Below, one piece after another: positions 57,854-64,000 of a DNA stretch of 64,000 nucleotides (position 1 is the first letter of the stretch; every line of letters starts with the position of its first letter). The translations under genes and the position numbers were made by a program. The DNA lies in the NCBI GenBank assembly GCA_963783865.1, contig CAWAPD010000002.1, positions 54,950 through 118,949 on the forward strand, in the 5' to 3' direction. The stretch is from an uncultured Actinomycetes bacterium (GTDB lineage: Bacteria; Actinomycetota; Thermoleophilia; UBA2241). The notes beneath the pieces are model-generated. The model had not been told where the DNA came from. It saw only the letters and a program-made list of their open reading frames with translations, and did no database searches.

Positions 57854-59007
57854 CGTGTCTCCCCGTCGATGTCGCGGAACTTCATGCTGCCGTCGGCCAG
57901 CGCCGTCTCGGGGGACAGGCAGACGCCCCGGGCGAGCACGTTGTCGGCGCCCACGCGGCAGCCCTCGCCGAGCACGGCGTGCGACAGGTGCGTGCGCGGT
58001 CCCACCTCGCAGCCGCCGACCACGATGCTGCGCTCGATCAGCGCCTCGGCGCCGACATTGACGCCCTCCAGGAGCACGCTCTCCACGACCGACGCCCCCT
58101 CGCCCACGCGGCAGCCCTCACCGAGCACGGCGAGCGGGCCGACGACGGCGCGGGTCGCGACCTCGACGCCGGCGGCGATGTGCGCCGGGGGCACGATCCG
58201 TGCCCCCGGCGCCACCCTCGCCGCCGGCGACAGGTGCACGTAGTGCTCGCCGAGCTCGTCGGCGACGTGCGTGGTGAGCGCGTTCTGCAAAAGGTCGAAG
58301 TGCGCCGACAGGTAGCTGTCGGGCGTGCCGATGTCGCGCCAGTAGGCGTGGTTTACGAAGCCGAACAGCCTGCCCTCGGCCGCCAGCCGCGGAAACACCT
58401 CGCGCTCGATCGAGACCGCTCGCCCCGACGGGATCATGTCGAGGACCTCCGGCTCGAGCACGTAGACGCCGGCGTTGATCAGGCCGGCGCCGACGTGCTC
58501 CGACCCCGGCTTCTCGAGGAACTCCGCCACGCTGCCGTCGTCGTTCATGCTCACGAGGCCGTAGCGCCTCGGGTCCTCGACCGGCGTCAGCAGGATGGTC
58601 GCCGCCGCACCCTTCTCCCCGTGGAACGCCGCCAGCGCCGTCACGTCGACGTCGGTCAGCACATCGCCGTTGAACGCGAGCACGCATCCGTCGCCGAGCT
58701 CGCTCTGCGCGTTGCGAATCGCCCCCGCCGTGCCCAGCGGCTCGTCTTCGACGACGTAGCGCACCGAGATGCCGTACGCCTCGCCGTCGCCGATCGTCCG
58801 CCGGATCGCGTCGGACAGGTAGCCCGACGAGAAGACGGCGCGCTCGACGCCGTGCCGCGCCAGGTTCTCGAGGATGTAGCCGACGAACGGCCGGCCGACG
58901 AGGGGCAGGACGGGTTTGGGCAGACGGCTCGTGACCGGCCGCAGGCGAGTCCCCTCGCCGCCCACGAGGACCACGGCCTGCCAGCAGGCGCACGCGGGTC
59001 CGGCCAC
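57850..59007 (-). CDS. Mannose-1-phosphate guanylyltransferase-like NDP-sugar pyrophosphorylase
   Basis: 'VLVGGEGTRLRPVTSRLPKPV', 'GTAGA' and a C-terminal hexapeptide-repeat domain. 4-nt overlap with manB. Confidence 0.85.
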   Translation of the reverse strand: MAGPACACWQAVVLVGGEGTRLRPVTSRLPKPVLPLVGRPFVGYILENLARHGVERAVFSSGYLSDAIRRTIGDGEAYGISVRYVVEDEPLGTAGAIRNAQSELGDGCVLAFNGDVLTDVDVTALAAFHGEKGAAATILLTPVEDPRRYGLVSMNDDGSVAEFLEKPGSEHVGAGLINAGVYVLEPEVLDMIPSGRAVSIEREVFPRLAAEGRLFGFVNHAYWRDIGTPDSYLSAHFDLLQNALTTHVADELGEHYVHLSPAARVAPGARIVPPAHIAAGVEVATRAVVGPLAVLGEGCRVGEGASVVESVLLEGVNVGAEALIERSIVVGGCEVGPRTHLSHAVLGEGCRVGADNVLARGVCLSPETALADGSMKFRDIDGETR

Positions 59008-59011
59008 GGGC

Positions 59012-60346
59012 CTACCTCTCCGCGGCGTCGACCGGCCGCATGGCGGCCCCGTCGACGCCGACGCCGTCGTACGACAGCCCGGCCGCCCGCACCGCGTGCA
59101 CGTCGAGCACGTTGCGGCCGTCGATCAGGTGCGCGCCGCGCATGGCGCCCTTGACCTCGCGCCAGTCCAGCCCCACGTACTCGGGCCACTCGGTGACCAG
59201 CACCACGGCGTCGGCGCCCTCGACCGCGTCGAGCGCCCCGCCCACGACCTCGACCCCGGGGAACAGCGGATGGCTGCCCGGCGCGACCATGGGGTCGCAG
59301 GCGGCGACCTCGGCGCCCTCGGCGAGCAGGCGAGCCGCGAGCACGATCGAGGCCGCCTCGCGCAGGTCGTCGGTGTGGGGCTTGAAGGTCAGCCCGAGCA
59401 ATGCCACGCGCTTGCCCCGCAGCGCGCCGAGGCGGCGCTTGAGCTTGGCCACGACCAGGCGCTTCTGCAGGTGGTTCACCTCGATCACGGCGTTCAGGAG
59501 CTGGAAGTGGTACCCGGAGTTGCCGGCCAGCTGCTTGAGGGCCTGCACGTCCTTGGGGAAGCACGACCCGCCGTAGCCGATCCCGGCCTGGAGGAAACTA
59601 GGTCCGATGCGCCGGTCCAGCCCCATCCCGTAGGCGACCGTGCGCACGTCGGCCCCGACGTGCTCGCACACGTTGGCGATCTCGTTGATGAACGAGATCT
59701 TGGTCGCGAGGAACGCGTTCGAGGCGTACTTGATCATCTCGGCCGACGGCACCGTCGTGCGCACGACCGGCGCGTCGACACCGTCATAGAGCGCGGCCAC
59801 GGCATCGCCGTCGGCCTCGTCGAAGGCGCCGATCACGATGCGGTCGGGGTGCAGCACGTCATCGACCGCGGCGCCCTCCCGCAGGAACTCGGGGTTCGAC
59901 GCGTAGCCGGTGGCCTCGAGCCCGGCGGCCTCGAGCTGCGCGACCACGCGGTCGCCGGTACCGACCGGCACCGTGCTCTTCATGACCAGCAGGTGCTCCC
60001 CGCCGCGCGCCCCGACCTCGCGGACCACGGCGTCGATGCGCGTGAGGTCCGCGTCACCCGACGGCGAGGGCGGCGTGTCGACGGCCACGAACAGGATGCG
60101 GCAGGCGTCGAAGAGCTCCGCGGCGGAGGTCGTGAAGGTGAGCCGCGCGCGGGCGTCGGCCATCAGCTCGGCCAGGCCCGGCTCGTAGATCGGGACGCCG
60201 CCCGAGCGCAGGAGCGCGATCTTGGCCTCGTCGACGTCCATGCACACGACGTGGTGGCCCAGGGTCGCGAAACACACCCCGGTCACGAGGCCGACGTACC
60301 CCACGCCGATGACACCGATGGGCGCTTGGGAAGGTCGTGCGGTCAT
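59012..60346 (-). CDS. ugd: UDP-glucose 6-dehydrogenase
   Basis: 'IGVIGVGYVGLVTG', 'NPEFLREG' and catalytic 'GGSCFPKDV'. Confidence 0.92.
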   Translation of the reverse strand: MTARPSQAPIGVIGVGYVGLVTGVCFATLGHHVVCMDVDEAKIALLRSGGVPIYEPGLAELMADARARLTFTTSAAELFDACRILFVAVDTPPSPSGDADLTRIDAVVREVGARGGEHLLVMKSTVPVGTGDRVVAQLEAAGLEATGYASNPEFLREGAAVDDVLHPDRIVIGAFDEADGDAVAALYDGVDAPVVRTTVPSAEMIKYASNAFLATKISFINEIANVCEHVGADVRTVAYGMGLDRRIGPSFLQAGIGYGGSCFPKDVQALKQLAGNSGYHFQLLNAVIEVNHLQKRLVVAKLKRRLGALRGKRVALLGLTFKPHTDDLREAASIVLAARLLAEGAEVAACDPMVAPGSHPLFPGVEVVGGALDAVEGADAVVLVTEWPEYVGLDWREVKGAMRGAHLIDGRNVLDVHAVRAAGLSYDGVGVDGAAMRPVDAAER

Positions 60347-60450
60347 GCGGCTCCTTCTCGTCGGGCGGCGCCAAAGTCTACCACAGGCTCGCTTTCGCCC
60401 CCCTTCTGCCCGGAACGGGCCCGCGCCTCACCGGTTGTCGTCGCCGGCCG

Positions 60451-62580
60451 CTAGCGCGGCCGCGCCGTGCCGGCCGCAGCCCGCGCCAGACCGAGCTCGT
60501 ACCGGCTCAGGTCGTCGAACGGGTTCAGGCCCAGCGCGTGTCGGAACGACGCGGCCGCGCCCCGCGGGTCGCCGAGCGAGTTCAGCTGCAGCAGCCCGAG
60601 CTGGTAGTAGGTCAGGTAGTTCAGGGGCTGGAGCCGCACGGCCCGCTCGATCGTCGCTCTGGCCTGACTCACCTGGCCCTGCTGCTGCTCGATCAGCGAC
60701 AGGGCCAGCAGCGGGTCGGCGGCGAGCGGGTCGAGACGGTGGGCGCGCCGGGCATCGGCCGCCGCCTGCGTCAGCTTGTCGTCACTGGCCGCGGTCAGCG
60801 CGCTGGAGTAGGCGCGGTCGGCCAGCCACGGGACGGTCCAGCTGGCGGCGACGACGACCAGCAGGCCGGTGGCCGCGAGGCGCGGGGCGAGGGCGGCGCG
60901 GCGGCGGGTCGCCGCCGCGCGGCCCCAGCCCCGCGCCGCCTCGCCTTCGTCCCCGGTCCCGCCCTCGCTCGCCGCCGCCCCGGCCGCCTTCTCCCGCCGC
61001 CGTCCGGCGACGTAGGCCGCGGCCGTGCCGGCGAACAGGAGGAAGGCCAGCGTCGCCGAGGACATGTCCCAGTCCCAGTCGACGCTCATGTGCAGCACGA
61101 AGACGAGGCAGCCGGCCTGCAGCACGGCCAGCGCGCCACGGTCGCCGTCGCGGCCCGCGCCCGGCCTTAGCCCCGCCGCGAGCAGCAGCCCGATCCCCGC
61201 CACGAACAGCACGAGACCGGGGATGCCGAGCTCGGTAAGCACGTTGACCCACTGGTTGTGGGCGTGCTTCACGAGCAGGTGCGAGTCCCGGAACCGGTAG
61301 TTGACGAAGCGGAAGGTGCCGGCGCCCGTCCCCGTCCAGGGCACGTACCGGTAGGCGCGCACGCCCTCCCTCCACATGGGGATGCGGCCGTTGCTGCTGG
61401 TCGACAGCACGCGCTCGATCGAGTTGCCGTTGCCCTCGATGGACACGTCGTTGCCGCGAAGCTGCTGCGAGAGCGTGTGGGCGAACGCGTGCGCGCCACC
61501 CGCGTGCCGGACGTAGGCCCAGCTCGCGCCGGTCACGGCCAGCACGGCCACCGCCAGCACGATGGCGCCGGCGACCGCCGTCACCAGCCGCCCGGCGTGC
61601 AGCCGCCGGTGGACGAGGGCGATCGCGAGCTCGAGAACGGCGGTGACAGCCAGCGCCAGCACGACCGAGCGGCCGAACTGGTGGCCTTGCAGGGTGCGCA
61701 GGCGGTCGTCGGTCGTGGCGTTGAAGAGCGTGTCGAGGTCGCGAGCGCGGAACAGCGCGGCCGCGGCCGGCAAGGCCGCGGCCGCGAGACTCGCCGCGCC
61801 CGTCAGCCGTTCGTTGGTCAGCGCGAAGTAGGCGACCAGCCCGACGACCGCGGCCAGGCTCCCGCCGCGCGAGAAGGTGAACACCAGCGCGAGCAGGAAC
61901 AGGCCCAGGACCACCGCCAGCACGACCCGCAAGGCGACCGGCATCGTCCGCCGCGAGGCGCCTTCGAGCGCCGCCAGGGCGCCCATCACCATGAGGAGGG
62001 CGAGCACGTTCCAGTAGCCGACCGGAGCGCTCAGGCGGGCGTACTCGTGGGCATGTGTCGCCACGTCTGGCAACACTTTCCCGAGCAGCGCCCATGCCGC
62101 CACCGGGACCATCCCGAACGCGAAACCGTAGGCCACCAGCCGCAGGTTCCAGCGCCGCGCCGATGCCGACGCGCAGACCACCACGACCACGAGATAGAGA
62201 GCCGCGAAGTCGAAGGCGAGCCACGTGAGGTCCGGCCCGATCGACCAAGCCACCGAAAGCCCGGTCCAGCCGACGAACAGGGCGAGGCAGACGAGGGCGG
62301 CCAGCGAGAGACGGCCGAGCGCGGGCGGCGGCGCGAACCACACCCACACGGCAGCCGCGGCCAGCAGTACGAGCACGATCGGGAAGGCAAGAGTGAAGAT
62401 GTAGCCGCCGGACCGCAGGGCCAGCGCGACGACGGCCCCCAGGATCACCAGATGAGGGCCGAAGTCGCGCAGCGCGCCGAGGGCGCGGCGCCCGGCGCGT
62501 CCGCCGCGCGTCGACGCCTCCACGACTGCGGGCGGCTCCCAGGCGGAGTCGACGGCGGGGCTGACGACAGGCTCGTCCAC
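60451..62580 (-). CDS. O-antigen ligase/polymerase-like (Wzy_C) polytopic membrane protein with C-terminal TPR repeats
   Basis: 'HAHNQWVNVLTELGIPGLVLFV' is a Wzy_C-type motif. There are at least 10 TM helices. The C-terminal TPR-like region includes 'ALSLIEQQQGQVSQARATIERAVRLQPLNYLTYYQLG'. Start set to GTG 62580 because the first 32 codons of the track ORF have low GC3. The start is uncertain. Confidence 0.72.
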   Translation of the reverse strand: MDEPVVSPAVDSAWEPPAVVEASTRGGRAGRRALGALRDFGPHLVILGAVVALALRSGGYIFTLAFPIVLVLLAAAAVWVWFAPPPALGRLSLAALVCLALFVGWTGLSVAWSIGPDLTWLAFDFAALYLVVVVVCASASARRWNLRLVAYGFAFGMVPVAAWALLGKVLPDVATHAHEYARLSAPVGYWNVLALLMVMGALAALEGASRRTMPVALRVVLAVVLGLFLLALVFTFSRGGSLAAVVGLVAYFALTNERLTGAASLAAAALPAAAALFRARDLDTLFNATTDDRLRTLQGHQFGRSVVLALAVTAVLELAIALVHRRLHAGRLVTAVAGAIVLAVAVLAVTGASWAYVRHAGGAHAFAHTLSQQLRGNDVSIEGNGNSIERVLSTSSNGRIPMWREGVRAYRYVPWTGTGAGTFRFVNYRFRDSHLLVKHAHNQWVNVLTELGIPGLVLFVAGIGLLLAAGLRPGAGRDGDRGALAVLQAGCLVFVLHMSVDWDWDMSSATLAFLLFAGTAAAYVAGRRREKAAGAAASEGGTGDEGEAARGWGRAAATRRRAALAPRLAATGLLVVVAASWTVPWLADRAYSSALTAASDDKLTQAAADARRAHRLDPLAADPLLALSLIEQQQGQVSQARATIERAVRLQPLNYLTYYQLGLLQLNSLGDPRGAAASFRHALGLNPFDDLSRYELGLARAAAGTARPR

Positions 62581-62726
62581 GCGTGGAGTATACCGAACGG
62601 CCCAACGCCCGAGCCCCCCGATGAGATTCGTCGTGGGGCCAACGTGGTAAACCGACGATGTGCGTGGTATAAGCATCCCGACAAGGGTCGGCAGAACCCG
62701 GCCGCAAGGATGGAGGGGGTAACTCC

Positions 62727-63101
62727 ATGAAGAAGGCAGTCAGCATCGTGGTCCTCGCGGCCGTCGCGCTGCTGGCGTTCGCGAGCATCGCCCAGGCGAG
62801 TAGCAGCAGCACGACCACGGCGATCCTCAAAGACGCTCAGGACGGCACACTCGACGGCCATTACACGGCGGCTCAGGTGCGCGCGGCACTGGCGGCGGTG
62901 AAGAGCGATCCCGCGCTCCAGCAGTACACCGACGTCGAAGGCGTCCTCGAGGACTTCCTCGCGAGCCTGCCGTCGCCCGGCGTGGCCGGCTCCGGTGATC
63001 TGATGTTCACCGGCGGCCCGGTGCTGTGGCTGTTCGCGCTCGGCGCGGGGCTCGTGGTCACCGGACTGGCGCTCCGCCGTCGCGCTTCCGAGGCCGCCTG
63101 A
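62727..63101 (+). CDS. Small secreted protein with C-terminal sorting-signal-like tail
   Basis: SD GGAGGGGG. Signal peptide 'VVLAAVALLAFASIAQA'. C-terminal 'LMFTGG-PVLWLFALGAGLVVTGLAL-RRR'. Confidence 0.65.
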   Translation: MKKAVSIVVLAAVALLAFASIAQASSSSTTTAILKDAQDGTLDGHYTAAQVRAALAAVKSDPALQQYTDVEGVLEDFLASLPSPGVAGSGDLMFTGGPVLWLFALGAGLVVTGLALRRRASEAA

Positions 63102-63132
63102 CAGGCAGCCTCCGGCGACAAGCATGAGCACT

Positions 63133-63159
63133 GAGGGGCGGCCCTGCGGGCCGCCCCTC
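63133..63159. terminator. Hairpin (12-bp stem, 3-nt loop) followed by TTCGTT, between convergent genes
   Basis: GAGGGGCGGCCC-TGC-GGGCCGCCCCTC-TTCGTT. Confidence 0.65.
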
Positions 63160-63168
63160 TTCGTTGCG

Positions 63169-63963
63169 CTACTGCGCCGCGACCGGCATGACGAGCGTCA
63201 GCGGCCGCGGCGCGCCGGCCGACGACGCCACCTGCGAACGCGGCAGGCCGAGGTCGGCGGCCAGGCTGAGGGCCGCCCTCAGCGACCCCGGCCGGTAGAA
63301 GACCACCGTCACCGGCAGCGCCGTGAGCGACGTCGCCGTCAGGGCCGTCGTCCCCCACCCGTCGTTCTCGAGGCGGGCGCGCATGCGCGCGCCGCGGTCG
63401 GCGTTCGCGTCGACGACGGCGACGACGGTCGCCAGGCGGTCGGCGAACGTGAAGCCCAGCCGGGTCGACGCCAGCGCCGGCGCGAAGAAGGCCGGCTGCA
63501 CGGCGCGGGCCAGCAGGTCGGCCGACACCGCCCCCCAGGCGCCGGCGGCCGCGGCGCTCAAAGCCGACCCCGACGGCACGAGCCGGTCGGCCCGCGAGAC
63601 GGCGAGGTCGGCTCCTGCCGCGGCCGCCTCGACGCCGGCGACCAGCGCGGCAGTGCGCGGGCCGTCGGGCAGCGGCGGCACCGAGACGATCGCCGGCACG
63701 GAGCGCGCCTGGGCGGCCGCGATCGCCGCCTCGTCAAGGGCTTCCACGCGCGCCGGAGTGCCGCTCGCCGAGCCGGTGCGGCCGAACGCGACCACCACCG
63801 CGAGCGGCGGCCTCGCCGGTCGCGCGGCGACGGCCCGGACGGCCTGCGCCGTCGTGGAGCACGCGACCACCCGCACGCGGCAGGCGCCGCCGTCCCGGCG
63901 CAGACGGGACTCGAGGGCGCGGGAGACCTGCGTCGCCCGCGCCCCCAGCGGCTGCGTGAGCAT
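63169..63963 (-). CDS. Hypothetical Ala-rich protein, possibly LytR_C-like C-terminus; 5' end may lie outside the window
   Basis: The frame stays open upstream of the ATG at 63963 to the window edge. The C-terminal 'VVAVVDANADRGARMRARLENDGW....VVFYRPGSLRAALSLAADLG' resembles LytR C-terminal domains. Confidence 0.45.
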   Translation of the reverse strand: MLTQPLGARATQVSRALESRLRRDGGACRVRVVACSTTAQAVRAVAARPARPPLAVVVAFGRTGSASGTPARVEALDEAAIAAAQARSVPAIVSVPPLPDGPRTAALVAGVEAAAAGADLAVSRADRLVPSGSALSAAAAGAWGAVSADLLARAVQPAFFAPALASTRLGFTFADRLATVVAVVDANADRGARMRARLENDGWGTTALTATSLTALPVTVVFYRPGSLRAALSLAADLGLPRSQVASSAGAPRPLTLVMPVAAQ

Positions 63964-64000
63964 CAGGACGGTACGCGCAGCGGGCTGCCGGGTAGCCCTC

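Noticed and set aside
62581-62676. ATG 62676 as the start of the O-antigen-ligase-like gene
   Set aside because: The first 32 codons have low third-position GC (ctt ata cca aca gtt aat tat act), unlike the rest of the gene. They also overlap a TATAAG promoter-like box for the divergent gene. The start was moved to GTG 62580, and it remains uncertain.

Overview
Very GC-rich (about 70% by eye, not computed) chromosomal window. Gene content and Shine-Dalgarno usage look like Actinomycetota, possibly the Thermoleophilia/Rubrobacteria grade; this taxonomic call is inference only. About 60 genes are supportable. Most long six-frame ORFs are GC artefacts antisense to, or upstream-extended from, the real genes.

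Gene content, left to right:
- (1) Tightly coupled cluster of three paralogous B12-binding radical SAM enzymes, a GT-C-type membrane glycosyltransferase, a 4-TM protein and an unknown protein.
- (2) Multicopper oxidase, a DUF389-type protein and small membrane proteins.
- (3) NOX-like ferric reductase, an FMN-binding protein and ApbE (a flavinylation module), next to an OmpR-type two-component system.
- (4) Thioesterase, an HExGH membrane protein, an F420/NADP oxidoreductase-like protein and an M28 peptidase.
- (5) Six-gene minus-strand operon: tandem hemerythrin, NuoE/HydC-like, NuoF/HydB-like, NuoG/FdhA-like (active-site Cys/Sec replaced), NfnA, NfnB.
- (6) An amine-catabolism-like block with two TetR regulators.
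- (7) Cell-surface locus: a TasA/SipW-signal-like protein plus a large repeat protein. The repeat protein has a canonical C2H2 zinc finger at its cytoplasmic N-terminus and three near-identical 426-bp tandem repeats.
- (8) tRNA-Val, an M15 peptidase, a GNAT, prfB, a PAS-GGDEF-EAL protein, secA, hpf and comF.
- (9) Methionine-salvage/SAM-cycle genes (mtnA, ahcY) mixed with sugar-nucleotide genes, an O-antigen-ligase-like/TPR protein, and small secreted proteins.

I saw no rRNA, CRISPR array, transposase or integrase.

Three otherwise intact genes each carry a single-nucleotide frame break: an FAD oxidoreductase, the repeat surface protein, and essential prfB. The prfB break is in addition to its canonical CUU-UGA-C programmed +1 site. 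This points to assembly indel errors, or less likely to real pseudogenisation.

Most interesting candidates: the hemerythrin-HydBC-like-MopB-NfnAB operon, the C2H2-finger/TasA-like surface locus, and the radical SAM/GT-C cluster.
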